Assembly (NCBI RefSeq): GCF_037042905.1 | Contig: NC_087250.1 | Span: forward strand, 15,316,001-15,380,000 | Reading direction: 5' to 3' | Length of the DNA stretch: 64,000 bases | From: Lytechinus pictus | Taxonomy: Eukaryota | Shown: piece by piece, positions 23,501-38,500 of the stretch | Position numbering within the stretch: the first letter of the stretch is position 1 | Layout: each line of letters opens with the position of its first letter | Program-made: the position numbers and the translations under genes | The notes under the pieces: generated by a model | Databases searched by the model: none | Seen by the model: the letters and a program-made list of their open reading frames with translations, nothing else | Told to the model about the DNA's origin: nothing

Positions 23501-26500
23501 AGTGGTAAGGTATATTTTTTTCTAAATGGCATGAAAGGGTATATCTTGAACACCCTAAATCTAAAAAAGGGTACGGGTTTGGCCATGCATGACGCAATGA
23601 GGAGCATTCAAAGATAAGCGTTTTTGAAACTTTAGAGGGCGCTATTTCAGTAACGGAAATTTAGTGATGCGTGAAAAATGATTCCTATGTATGATATGGT
23701 ACCAGTATCAATTCCTGAAAATATGAGCTCAAAATGAATAAAAACAAGAAAGTTATGGCCATTTTACGATTTTTTGACTTTACATTTCAATAAATATGAC
23801 GTTTTTGAAGGAAGGCTATTTCGGATTTGAATTTAGGGCATGAAGATGGCATTTTGAAGGTCAGGTTATACGTCGCAAATGATGGGGCAACTCTTTGACT
23901 ATCTATAGCAATTTGTTAGAAGTCTGTAGAATGCAGGATGCGGGAGTTAGGACGAGATTAGTAATGGTATGCAAATGGACTTGAAATTTACAAAATGGCG
24001 CCTAGATGGTCATGCATGAGTGATTTTGAAAAAAGGAAGACAAGGGGCACATCTAGGGATGCTGGACAACATGTCTACCAAGTTTGGATGAATTTGGATG
24101 AGGGACGGAGCCAGGGCAGAGCTAACAAACACCATGTGTTAAACAAATGGGATTTTGTGGAAGAAGAAGAAGAAGAAGAAGACTAGAACTGCAATCGTTT
24201 CCGAACGATGTGCATGCATTGACGCGTCTGATTGAAAGGTCAAGTCCACCTCAGAAAAATCTTGATTGGAATCAATAGGGAAAAATCTGAAAAGCACAAT
24301 GCTGAAAATTTCATCAAAATCGGATGTAAAATAAGAAAGTTATGACATTTCAAAGTTTCGCTTATTTTTAACAAAAGAGTTATATGAACGAGCCAGTTAC
24401 ATCCAAATGAGAGAGATGATGATGTCACTCACTCAAAATGGTGCATGCACTGTCATGCATGAATGATCAAAATCGGATTTAAAATAAGAAAGTTATGACA
24501 TTTCAAAGTTTCGCTTATTTCTAACAAAATAGTATTAATTATGAACGAGCCAGTTACATGCAAATGAGAGAGATGATGATGTCACTCACTCAAAATGGTG
24601 CATGCACTGTCATGCATGAATGATTTTAGAAAATGAAATAAGAGGTACACAATAATGCATCATGGACAACATGTCTACCAAATCGGAATGATATGGATAA
24701 GCATACACATTTCCCTGACAGTTCATTAACGTAATTCAGTGTAAAGTACATAGCAGAACGATGTGCATGCATAATACGTTATGCCATAGACATTGTGTAC
24801 AATTCTGTTGTTGATAATGTGTGCATTCTGAGTAGTATACCATGTGTTCAGATTGGCTTATCTTGAAATTTTCTGTTGTAACCTATGTCATATTTGGTAT
24901 CACTGGAAAGAACATTCAAATGCGGTGACATTGATACCCCTTTTATTTGTGCTCAAGCAATAGACCGGAAGTAAATGCCATATAAAGAAAAACATTAAAA
25001 ATGAAGGTTTTGCACAAAAATTTTAAGCTGACGTCAGATTTTTGTCAGTTTCTGTTACAAAAGGTTGACGAACGGTTGAAGTATATATCAATACTCATAT
25101 CTGCCAAGTTAGAAAGGATAAGCTTCAATAATAAGGAAATAAGAGCAAGTTGAAGTTGTGCTGGCATTATAGTGCATTTTTGCGTATTTTGCTGATTTTC
25201 GGGAGCATTTTTCAGATATTTTGTCAGCGGTAAGGTATATATTTTTCTAAATGGCATGAAAGAGCATATCTTGAACACCCTAAATCTAAAAAAGGGTACG
25301 GGTTTGGCCATGCATGACGAAATGAGGAGCATTCAAAGATAAGCGTTTTTGAAACTTTAGAGGGCGCTATTTCAGTAACGGAAATTCAGTGATGCGTGAA
25401 AACTAAGTCGTAAGTATGATATGGTACCAGTATCAATTCCTGAAAATATGAGCTCGAAATGAATAAAAACAATAAAGTTATGGCCATTTTACGATTTTTT
25501 GACTTTACATTTCAATAAATGTGACGTTTTTGAAGGAAGGCTATTTCGGATTTGAATTTAGGGCATGAAGATGGCATTTTGAAGGTCAGGTTACACGTCG
25601 CAGATGATGGAGCAACTCTTTGACTATCTATAGCAATTTGTAAGAAGTCTGTAGAATGCAGGATGCGGGAGTTAGGACGAGATTAGAAATGGTATGCAAA
25701 TGGACTTGAAATTTACAAAATGGCGCCTAGATGGTCATGCATGAGTGATTTTGAAAAAAGGAAGACGAGGGGCACAACTAGGGATGCTGGACAACATGTC
25801 TACCAAGTTTGGATGAATTTGGATGAGGGACGGAGCCAGGGCAGAGCTAACAAACACCATGTGTTAAACAAATGGGATTTTGTGGAAGAAGCAGAAGAAG
25901 AAGAAGAAGACTAGAACTGCAATCGTTTCCGAACGATGTGCATGCATTGACGCGTCTGATTGAAAGGTCAAGTTTACCTCAGAAAAATCTTGATTAGAAT
26001 CAATAGGGAAAAATCAGACAAGCACAATGCTGAAAATTTCATCAAAATCGGATTTAAAATAAGAAAGTTATGACATTTCAAAGTTTCGCTTATTTTTAAC
26101 AAAATAGTTATATGAACGAGCCAGTTACATCAAAATGAGAGAGATGATGATGTCACTCACTCAAAATGGTGCATGCACTGTCATGCATGAATGATTTTAG
26201 AAAACGAAATAAGAGATACACAATAATGCATCATGGACAACATGTCTACCAAATCGGAATGAATTTGGATGAGGAGCGGAGGCAGGGGAGGACTAACAAA
26301 AATTACATGTTAATCAAAGTGGATTTTGGTACATTTTGCCCTCCATAGGAAGTTACATACTCGAGTCAAACAGATTTCGTCCATTTTTAGACCATATGGC
26401 TGCTCAACAAAGAGAGAGAAGGGAGAAAAAGACACAGAGAGTGATATAAATAAGCATACAAATTTCCCTGACAGTTCATTAACGTAACTCAGTGTAAAGT

Positions 26501-29500
26501 ACATAACAGAACGATGTGCATGCATAATACGTTATGCCATAGACACTGTGTACAATTCTGTTGTTGATAATGTGTTCATTGTGAGAAGTATACCATGTGT
26601 TCAGATTGGCTTATCTTGAAATTTTCTGTTGTAACCTATGTCGTATTTGGTATCACTGGATAGAGCATTCCAATGCGGTGACATTGATACCACTTTTATT
26701 TGTGCGCAAGCAATAGACCGGAAGTAAATGCCATATAAAGAAAGACATTAAAAATGACAGTTTTTCACAATAATTTTGAGCTGACGTCAGCTCTATGTCA
26801 GTTTCTGTCACAAAAGGTTGACGAACGGTTGAAGTATATATCAATACTCATATCTGCCAAATTAGAAAGGATAAACTTCAATAATAAGGAAATAAGAGCA
26901 AGTTCAAGTTGTGCTGGCATTATAGTGCATTTTTGCGTATTTTGCTGATTTTCCGGAGCATTTTTCAGATATTTCGTCAGTGGTAAGGTATATTTTTTTC
27001 TAAATGGCATGAAAGGGCATATCTTGAACACCCTAAATCTAAAAAAGGGTACGGGTTTGGCCATGCATGACGCAATGAGGAGCATTCAAAGGTAAGCGTT
27101 TTTGAAACTTTAGAGGGCGCTATTTCAATACCGGAAGGTCAATGATGCGTGAAAACTGACTCGTATGTATGATATGTTGCCAGTATTGATTCCTGAAAAT
27201 TTGAGCTCGAATTGAATAAAAACTAGAAAGTTATGGCCATTTTACTATTTTTTGACTTTACATTTCAATAAATATGAAGTTCTTGAAGGAAGGCTATTTT
27301 GAATTTGAATTTAGGGCATGAAGATGGCATTTTGAAGGTCAGGTTATACGTCGCAAATGATGGAGCAACTCTTTGACTATCTATAGCAATTTGTTAGAAG
27401 TCTGTAGCATGTAGGATGTCGGAGTTAGGACGAGATTAGTGATGGTATGCAAATGGACTTGAAATTTACAAAATGGCGCCTTGATGGTCATGCATGAGTG
27501 ATTTTGGAAAATGGAAGACGAGGTGCACAACTAGGGTTGTTGGACAACATGTCTACAAAGTTTGGATGAATTTGGATGAGGGACGGAGCCAGGGTAGAGC
27601 TAACAAAAACCATGTGTTAAACAAATGGGATTTTGTGGAAGAAGAAGAAGACGACGGAATAGGAATACGGAACAAGAACAATGCATTGTCGCCATTGGGC
27701 GTCAATGCAAAGACGACGGAATAGGAATACGGAACAAGAACAATGCATTGTCGCCAGTGGGCGTCAATGCAAAGACTAGAACTGCAATCGTTTCAGAACG
27801 ATGTGCATGCATTGACGCGTCTGATTGAAAGGTCAAATCCACCTCTGAAAAATGTTGATTTGAATCAATAGGGAAAAATCAGACAAGCACAATGCTAAAA
27901 ATTTCATCAAAATCGGATGTAAAATAAGAAAGTTATTACATTTCAAAGTTTCGCTTATTTTTAACAAAATAGTTATATGAACGAGCCACTTACATCCAAA
28001 TGAGAGAGATGATGATGTCACTCACTCAAAATGGTGCATGCACTGTCATGCATGAATGATTTAAGAAAATGAAATAAGAGGTACACAATAATGCATCATG
28101 GACAACATGTCTACCAAATCGGAATGAATTTGGATGAGGAGCGGAGGCAGGGGAGGACTAAAAAAAATTACATGTTAATCAAAGTGCATTTTGGTACATT
28201 TTGCCCTCCATAGGAAGTTACATTCTCGAGCTAAACAGATTTCGTCCATTTTTAGACCATATGGCCGCTCAACGAAGAGAGAGAAAGGAGAGAAAGACAC
28301 AGAGAGAGTGATATGAATAAGCGTACAAATTTCCCTGACAGTTCATTAACGTAACTCAGTGTAAAGTACGTACCAGAACGATGTGCATGCATAATACGTT
28401 ATGCCATAGACATTGTGTACAATTCTGTTATTGATAATGTATGCATCGTGAGTAGTATACCAGTGTTCAGATTGGCTTATCTTGAAATTTTCTGTTGTAA
28501 CCTATGTCGTATTTGGTATCACTGGAAAGAGCATTCCAATGCGGTGACATTGATACCACTTTTATTTGTGCGCAAGCAATAGACCGGAAGTAAATGCCAT
28601 ATAAAGAAAGACATTAAAAATGACAGTTTTGCACAATAATTTTAAGCTGACGTCAGCTCTTTGTCAGTTTCTGTCACAAAAGGTTGACGAACGGTTGAAG
28701 TATATATCAATACTCATTTCTGCCAAGTTAGAAAGGATAAGCTTTAATAATAAGGAAATAAGAGCAAGTTGAAGTTATGCTGGCATTATAGTGCATTTTT
28801 GCGTATTTTGCTGATTTTCGGGAGCATTTTTCAGATATTTCGTCAGTGGTAAGGTATATATTTTTCTAAATGGCATGAAAGGGCATATCTTGAACACCCT
28901 AAATCTAAAAAAGGGTACGGGTTTGGCCATGCATGACGCAATGAGGAGCATTCAAACGTAAGCGTTTTTGAAACTTTAGAGGGCGCTATTTCAATACCGG
29001 AAGGTCAATGATGCGTGAAAACTAACTCGTAAGTATGATATGTTGCCTGTAATAATTCCTGAAAATATTAGCTCGAATTGAATAAAAACAAGAAAGTTAT
29101 GGCCATTTTAGGAGTTTTTGACTTTACATTTCAATAAATATGAAGTTTTTGAAGGAAGGCTATTTCGGATTTGAATTTAGAGCATGAAGATGGCATTTTG
29201 AAGGTCAGGTTATACGTCGCAAATGATGGAGCAACTCTTTGACTATCTATAGGAATTTGTTAGAAGTTTGTAGCATGCAGGATGCGGGAGTTAGGACGAG
29301 ATTAGTAATGGTATGCAAATGGACTTGAAATTTACAAAATGGCGCCTTGATGGTCATGCATGAGTGATTTTGGAAAATGGAAGACGAGGTGCACAACTAG
29401 GGATGCTGGACAACATGTCTACAAAGTTTGGATGAATTTGGATGAGGGACGGAGCCAGGGTAGAACTAACAAAAACCATGTGTTAAACAAATGGGATTTT

Positions 29501-32500
29501 GTGGAAGAAGCAGAAGAAGAAGAAGAAGACGACGGAATAGGAATACGGAACAAGAACAATGCATTGTCGCCATTGGGCGTCAATGCAAAGACGACGGAAT
29601 AGGAATACGGAACAAGAACAATGCATTGTCGCCAGTGGGCGTCAATGCAAAGAAGACGACGGAATAGGAATACGGAACAAGAACAATACATTGTCGCCAG
29701 TGGGCGTCAATGCAACTAGAACTGCAATCGTTTCATTACGATGTGCATGCATTGACGTGTCTGATTTAGAGGTCAAGTCCACCTCATAAAAATGTTGATT
29801 TGAATCAATAGGGAAAAATCAGACAAGCACAATGCTGAAAATTTCATCAAAATCGGATGTAAAAAAAGAAAGTTATGACATTTCAAAGTTTCGCTTATTT
29901 TTAACAAAAGAGTTATATGAACGAGCCAGTTACATCCAAATGAGAGAGATGATGATGTCACTCACTCAAAATGGTGCATGCACTGTCATGCACGAATGAA
30001 TGGACAACATGTCTACCAAATCGGAATGATATGGATAAGCATACACATTTCCCTGACAGTTCATTAACGTAACTCAGTGTAAAGTACATAGCAGAACGAT
30101 GTGCATGCATAATACGTTATGCCATAGACATTGTGTACAATTCTGTTGTTGATAATGTGTGCATTCTGAGTAGTATACCATGTGTTCAGATTGGCTTATC
30201 TTGAAATTTTCTGTTGTAACCTATGTCATATTTGGTATCACTGGAAAGAGCATTCAAATGCGGTGACATTGATACCCCTTTTATTTGTGCTCAAGCAATA
30301 GACCGGAAGTAAATGCCATATAAAGAAAAACATTAAAAATGAAGGTTTTGCACAATAATTTTAAGCTGACGTCAGATGTATGTCAGTTTCTGTTACAAAA
30401 GGTTGACGAACGGTTGAAGTATATATCAATACTAATATCTGCCAAGTTAGAAAGGATAAGCTTCAATAATAAGGAAATAAGAGCAAGTTGAAGTTGTGCT
30501 GGCATTATAGTGCATTTTTGCGTATTTTGCTGATTTTCGGGAGCATTTTTCAGATATTTTGTCAGCGGTAAGGTATATATTTTTCTAAATGGCATGAAAG
30601 AGCATATCTTGAACACCCTAAATCTAAAAAAGGGTACGGGTTTGGCCATGCATGACGAAATGAGGAGCATTCAAAGATAAGCGTTTTTGAAACTTTAGAG
30701 GGCGCTATTTCAGTAACGGAAATTCAATGATGCGTGAAAACTAAGTCGTAAGTATGATATGGTACCAGTATCAATTCCTAAAAATATGAGCTCGAAATGA
30801 ATAAAAACAATAAAGTTATGGCCATTTTACGATTTTTTGACTTTACATTTCAATAAATGTGACGTTTTTGAAGGAAGGCTATTTCGGATTTGAATTTAGG
30901 GCATGAAGATGGCATTTTGAAGGTCAGGTTATACGTCGCAGATGATGGAGCAACTCTTTGACTATCTATAGCAATTTGTTAGAAGTTTGTAGCATGCAGG
31001 ATGCGGGAGTTAGGACGAGATTAGTAATGGTATGCAAATGGACTTGAAATTTACAAAATGGCGCCTAGATGGTCATGCATGAGTGATTTTGGAAAAAGGA
31101 AGGCAAGGGGCACAACTAGGGATGCTGGACAACATGTCTACAAAGTTTGGATGAATTTGGATGAGGGACAGAGCCAGGGCAGAGCTAACAAAAACCATGT
31201 GTTAAACAAATGGGATTTTGTGGAAGAAGAAGAAGAAGAAGACTAGAACTGCAATCGTTTCCGAACGATATGCATGCATTGACGCGTCTGATTGAAAGGT
31301 CAAGTTTACCTCAGAAAATCTTGATTAGAATCAATAGGGAAAAATCAGACAAGCACAATGCTGAAAATTTCATCAAAATCGGATGTAAAATAAGAAAGTT
31401 ATGACATTTCAAAGTTTCGCTTATTTTTAACAAAATAGTTATATGAACGAGCCAGTTACATCAAAATGAGAGAGATGATGATGTCACTCACTCAAAATGG
31501 CGCATGCACTGTCATGCATGAATGATTTTAGAAAATGAAATAAGAGGTACACAATAATGCATCATGGACAACATGTCTACCAAATCGGAATGAATTTGGA
31601 TGAGGAGCGGAGGCAGGGGAGGAATTAAAAAAAATTACATGTTAATCAAAGTGGATTTAGGACATTATGCCCTCCATAGGAAGTTGCATTCTCGAGTCAA
31701 ACAGATTTCGTCCATTTTTTGACCATGGCCGCTCAACAAAGAGAGAGAAGGGAGAGAAAGACACAGAGAGAGTGATATGAATAAGCATACACATTTCCCT
31801 GACAGTTCATTAACGTAACTCAGTGTAAAGTACATAGCAGAACGATGTGCATGCATAATACGTTATGCCATAGACATTGTGTACAATTCTGTTGTTGATA
31901 ATGTGTGCATTCTGAGTAGTATACCATGTGTTCAGATTGGCTTATCTTGAAATTTTCTGTTGTAACCTATGTCATATTTGGTATCACTGGAAAGAGCATT
32001 CAAATGCGGTGACATTGATACCACTTTTATTTGTGCTCAAGCAATAGACCGGAAGTAAATGCCATATAAAGAAAAACATTAAAAATGAAGGTTTTGCACA
32101 ATAATTTTAAGCTGACGTCAGATTTTTGTCAGTTTCTGTTACAAAAGGTTAACGAACGGTTGAAGTATATATCAATACTCATATCTGCCAAGTTAGAAAG
32201 GATAAGCTTCAATAATAAGGAAATAAGAGCAAGTTGAAGTTGTGCTGGCATTATAGTGCATTTTTGCGTATTTTGCTGATTTTCGGGAGCATTTTTCAGA
32301 TATTTTGTCAGCGGTAAGGTATATATTTTTCTAAATGGCATGAAAGAGCATATCTTGAACACCCTAAATCTAAAAAAGGGTACGGGTTTGGCCATGCATG
32401 ACGAAATGAGGAGCATTCAAAGATAAGCGTTTTTGAAACTTTAGAGGGCGCTATTTCAGTAACGGAAATTTAGTGATGCGTGAAAACTAACTCGTAAGTA

Positions 32501-35500
32501 TGATACGGTACCAGTATCAATTCCTAAAAATATGAGCTCGAAATGAATAAAAACAATAAAGTTATGGCCTTTTTACGATTTTTTTACTTTACATTTCAAT
32601 AAATGTGACGTTTTTGAAGGAAGGCTATTTCGGATTTGAATTTAGGGCATGAAGATGGCATTTTGAAGGTCAGGTTATACGTCGCAGATGATGGAGCAAC
32701 TCTTTGACTATCTATAGCAATTTGTTAGAAGTTTGTAGCATGCAGGATGCGGGAGTTAGGACGAGATTAGTAATGGTATGCAAATGGACTTGAAATTTAC
32801 AAAATGGCGCCTAGATGGTCATGCATGAGTGATTTTGGAAAAATGAAGACGAGGGGCACAACTAGGGATGCTGGACAACATGTCTACAAAGTTTGGATGA
32901 ATTTGGATGAGGGACGGAGCCAGGGCAGAGCTAACAAACACCATGTGTTAAACAAATGGGATTTTGTGGAAGAAGAAGAAGAAGAAGAAGAAGAAGAAGA
33001 CTAGAACTGCAATCGTTTCAGAACGATGTGCATGCATTGACGCGTCTGATTGAAAGGTCAACTCCACCTCAGAAAAATGTTGATTTGAATCAATAGGGAA
33101 AATTCAGACAAGCACAAAGCTGAAAATTTCATCAAAATCGGATGTAAAATAAGAAAGTTATGACATTTCAAAGTTTCGCTTATTTTAAACAGAATAGTTA
33201 TATGAACGAGCCAGTTACATCCAAATGAGAGTGATGATGATGTCACTCACTCAAAATGGCGCATGCACTGTCATGTATGAATGATTTTAGAAAATGAAAT
33301 AAGAGGTACACACTAATGCATCATCGATAACATATCTGCCAAATGAATTTGGATAAGGAGCGGAGGCAGGGGAGGAATTAAAAAAAATTACATGTTAATC
33401 AAAGTGGATTTAGGACATTATGCCCTCCATAGGAAGTTGCATTCTCGAGTCAAACAGATTTCGTCCATTTTTTGACCATGGCCGCTCAACAAAGAGAGAG
33501 AAGGGAGAGAAAGACACAGAGAGAGTGATATGAATAAGCATACAAATATCCCTGACAGTTCATAAACGTAACTCAGTGTAAAGTACATAGCAGAACGATG
33601 TGCATGCATAATACGTTATGCCATAGACATTATGTACAATTTTATTGTTGATAATATGTGCATTATGAGCAGTATACCATGTGTTCAGATTGGCTTATCT
33701 TGAAATTTTCTGTTGTAACCTATGTCGTATTTGGTATCGGTGGAAAGAACATTCCAATGCGGTGACATTGATAGCACTTTTATTTGTGCGCAGGCAATAG
33801 ACCGGAAGTAAATAACATATAAAGAAAGACATTAAAAATGACAGTTTTTCACAATAATTTTAAGCCGACGTGAGCTCTATGTCAGTTTCTGTCACAAAAG
33901 GTTGACGAACGGTTAAAGTATATATCAATACTCATATCTGCCAAGTTAGAAAGGATAAGCATCAATAATAAGGAAATAAGAGCAAGTTGAAGTTGTGCTG
34001 GCATTATAGTGCATTTTTGCGTATTTTGCTGATTTTCGGGAGCATTTTTCAGATATTTCGTCAGTGGTAAGGTATATGTTTTTCTAAATGGCATGAAAGG
34101 GCATATCTTGAACACCCTAAATCTAAAAAAAGGGTACGGGTTTGGCCATGCATGATGCAATGAGGAGCATTCAAAGATAAGCGTTTTTGAAACTTTAGAG
34201 GGCGCTATTTCAGTAACGGAAATTCAGTGATGCATGAAAACTAATTCCTATGTATGATATGGTACAAGTATCAATTCCTGAAAATATGAGCTCGAAATAA
34301 AAAAAAACAAGAAAGTTATGGCCATTTTACGATTTTTTGACTTTACATTTCAATAAATATGACGTTTTTGAAGGAAGGCTATTTCGGATTTGAATTTAGG
34401 GCATGAAGATGGCGTTTTGAAGGTCAGGTTAAATGTCGCAAATGATGGGGCAACTCTTTGACTATCTATAGCAATTTGTTAGAAGTCTGTAGAATGCAGG
34501 ATGCGGGAGTTAGGACGAGATTAGTAATGGTATGCAAATGGACTTGAAATTTACAAAATGGCGCCTAGATGGTCATGCATGAGTGATTTTGAAAAAAGGA
34601 AGACAAGGGGCACAACTAGGGATGCTGGACAACATGTCTACCAAGTTTGGATGAATTTGGACGAGGGACGGAGCCAGGGCAGAGCTAACAAACACCATGT
34701 GTTAAACAAATAGGATTTTGTGGAAGAAGAAGAAGAAGAAGAAGAAGAAGAAGACGACGGAATAGGAATACGGAACAAGAACAATGCATTGTCGCCAGTG
34801 GGCGTCAATGCAAAGACTAGAACTGCAATCGTTGCAGAACGATGTGCATGCATTGACGCGTCTGATTGAAAGGTCAAGTCCACCTCAGAAAAATGTTGAT
34901 TTGAATCAATAGGGAAAAATCAGACAAGCACAATGCTGAAAATTTCATCAAAATCGGATGTAAAATAAGAAAGTTATGACATTTCAAAGTTTCGCTTATT
35001 TTTGACAAAATAGTTACATGAACGAGCCAGTTACATCAAAATGAGAGAGATGATGATGTCACTCACTCAAAATGGTGCATGCACTGTCATGCATGAATGA
35101 TTTTAGAAAATGAAATAAGAGGTACACAATAATGCATCATCGACAACATGTCTACCAAATCAGGATGAATTTGGATGAGGAGCGGAGGCGGGGGAGGACT
35201 AACAAAAATTACATGTTAATCAAAGTGGATTTTGGTACATTGTGCCCTCCATAGGAAGTTACATTCTCGAGTCAAACAGATTTCGTCCATTTTTAGACCA
35301 TATGGCCGCTCAACAAAGAGAGAGAAGGGAGAGAAAGACACAGAGAGAGTGATATGAATAAGCATACAGATTTCCCTGACAGTTCATAAACGTAACTCAG
35401 TGTAAAGTACATAGCAGAACGATGTGCATGCATAATACGTTATGCCATAGACATTGTGTACAATTTTGTTGTTGATAAGTGTGCATTGTGAGCAGTATAC

Positions 35501-38500
35501 CATGTGTTCAGATTGGCTTATCTTGAAATTTTCTGTTGTAACCTATGTCGTATTTGGTATCAGTGGAAAGAGCATTCCAATGCGGTGACATTGATACCAC
35601 TTTTATTTGTGCGCAGGCAATAGACCGGAAGTAAATGCCATATAAAGAAAGACATTAAAAATGACAGTTTTTCACAATAATTTTAAGCTGATGTGAGCTC
35701 TATGTCAGTTTCTGTCACAAAAGGTTGATGAACGGTTAAAGTATATATCAATACTCATATCTGCCAAGTTAGAAAGGATAAACTTCAGTAATAAGGAAAT
35801 AAGAGCAAGTTGAAGTTGTGCTGGCATTATAGTGCATTTTTGCGTATTTTGCTGATTTTCGGGAGCATTTTTCAGATATTTCGTCAGTTGTAAGGTATAT
35901 ATTTTTCTAAATGGCATGAAAGGGCATATCTTGAACACCCTAAATCTAAAAAAGGGTACGGGTTTGGCCATGCATGACGCAATGAGGAGCATTCAAAGGT
36001 AAGCGTTTTTGAAACTTTAGAGGGCGCTATTTCAATACCGGAAGGTCAATGATGCGTGAAAACTGACTCGTATGTATGATATTTTACCAGTATCAATTCC
36101 CAAAAATATGAGCCCGAATTGAATAAAAACAAGAAAGTTATGGCCATTTTACGATTTTTTTACTTTACATTTCAATAAATATGAAGTTTTTGAAGGAAGG
36201 CTATTTCGGATTTGAATTTAGGGCATGAAGATGGCATTTTGAAGGTCGGGTTATGCGTCGCAAATCATGGAGCAACTCTTTGACTATCTATAGCAATTTG
36301 TTAGAAGTCTGTAGCATGCAGGATGGGGGAGTTAGGACGAGATTAGTAATGGTATGCAAATGGACTTGAAATTTACAAAATGGCGCCTGGATGGTCATGC
36401 ATGAGTGAATTTGGAAAAAGAAAGACGAGGGGCACAACTAGGGATGCTGGACAACATGTCTACCAAGTTTGGATGAATTTGGATGAGGGATGGAGCCAGG
36501 GCAGAGCTAACAAAAGCCATGTGTTAAACAAATGGGATTTGGTGGAAGAAGAAGAAGAAGAAGAAGAAGAAGACGACGGAATAGGAATACGGAACAAGAA
36601 CAATGCATTGTCGCTATTGAGCGTCTATGCAAAGACTAGAACTGCAATCGTTTCATTACGATGTGCATGCATTGACGTGTCTGATTTAAAGGTCAAGTCC
36701 ACCTCAGAAAAATGTTGATTTGAATCAATAGGGAAAAATCAGACAAGCACAATGCTGAAAATTTCATCAAAATCGGATGTAAAATAAGAAAGTTATTTGC
36801 ACTCCATAGGAAGCTACAATCTAGAGTCAACCATTTTAGACCACATTGCACCCCATAGGTTAAGTTCGTTTTTGCGTGAAACCGATCCCATAGACATTGT
36901 GTACAATTCTGTTGTTGATAATGTGTGCATTTTGAGCAGTATACCATGTGTTCAGATTGATTTATCTTGAAATTTTCTGTTGTAACCTATGTCGTATTTG
37001 GTATCACTGGAAAGATCATTCCAATGCGGTGACATTGATACCACTTTTATTTGTGCGCAAGCAATAGACCGGAAGTAAATGCCATATAAAGAAAGACATT
37101 AAAAATGACAGTTTTGCACAATAATTTTAACCTGACGTCAGCTCTATGTCAGTTTCTGTCACAAAAGGTTGACGAACGGTTAAAGTATATATCAATACTC
37201 ATATCTGCCAAGTTAGAAAGAATAAGCTTCAATAATAAGGAAATAAGAGCAAGTTGAAGTTGTGCTGGCATTATAGTGCATTTTTGCGTATTTTGCTGAT
37301 TTTCGGGAGCATTTTTCAGATATTTCGTCAGCGGTAAGGTATATATTTTTCTAAATGGCATGAAAGGGCATATCTTGAACACTCTAAATTTAAAAAAAGG
37401 TACGGGTTTGGCAATGCATGACGCAATGAGGAGCATTCAAAGGTAAGCGTTTTTGAAACTTTAGAGGGCGCTATTTCAGTAACGGAAAGTCAGTGATGCG
37501 TGAAAACTAACTCCTATGTATGATATGGTACTAGTATCAATTCCTGAATATATGGGCTTGAAATAAATAAAAACTAGAAAGTTATGGCCATTTTACGATT
37601 TTTTGACTTTACATTTCAATAAATATGACGTTTTTTAAGGAAGGCTATTTTGGATTTGAATTTAAGGCATGAAGATGGCATTTTGAAGGTCAGGTTATAC
37701 GTCGCAGATGATGGAGCAACCCTTTGACTATCTATAGCAATTTGTTAGAAGTCTGTAGAATGCAGGATGCGGGAGTTAGGACGAGATTAGTAATGGTATG
37801 CAAATGGACTTGAAATTTACAAAATGGCGCCTTGATGGTCATGCATGAGTGATTTTGGAAAATGGAAGACGAGGTGCACAACTAGGGATGCTGGACAACA
37901 TGTCTACAAAGTTTGGATGAATTTGGATGAGGGACGGAGCCAGGGTAGAGCTAACAAAAACCATGTGTTAAACAAATGGGATTTTGTGGAAGAAGCAGAA
38001 GAAGAAGACTAGAACTGCAATCGTTTCAGAACGATGTGCATGCATTGACGCGTCTGATTGAAAGGTCAACTCCACCTCAGAAAAATGTTGATTTGAATCA
38101 ATAGGGAAAATTCAGACAAGCACAAAGCTGAAAATTTCATCAAAATCGGATGTAAAATAAGAAAGTTATGACATTTCAAAGTTTCGCTTATTTTAAACAA
38201 AATAGTTATATGAACGAGCCAGTTACATCCAAATGAGAGTGATGATGATGTCACTCACTCAAAATGGCGCATGCACTGTCATGTATGAATGATTTTAGAA
38301 AATGAAATAAGAGGTACACACTAATGCATCATCGACAACATATCTGCCAAATGAATTTGGATGAGGAGCAGAGGCAGGGGAGGAATTAAAAAAAATTACA
38401 TGTTAATCAAAGTGGATTTAGGACATTATGCCCTCCATAGGAAGTTGCATTCTCGAGTCAAACAGATTTCGTCCATTTTTTGACCATGGCCGCTCAACAA

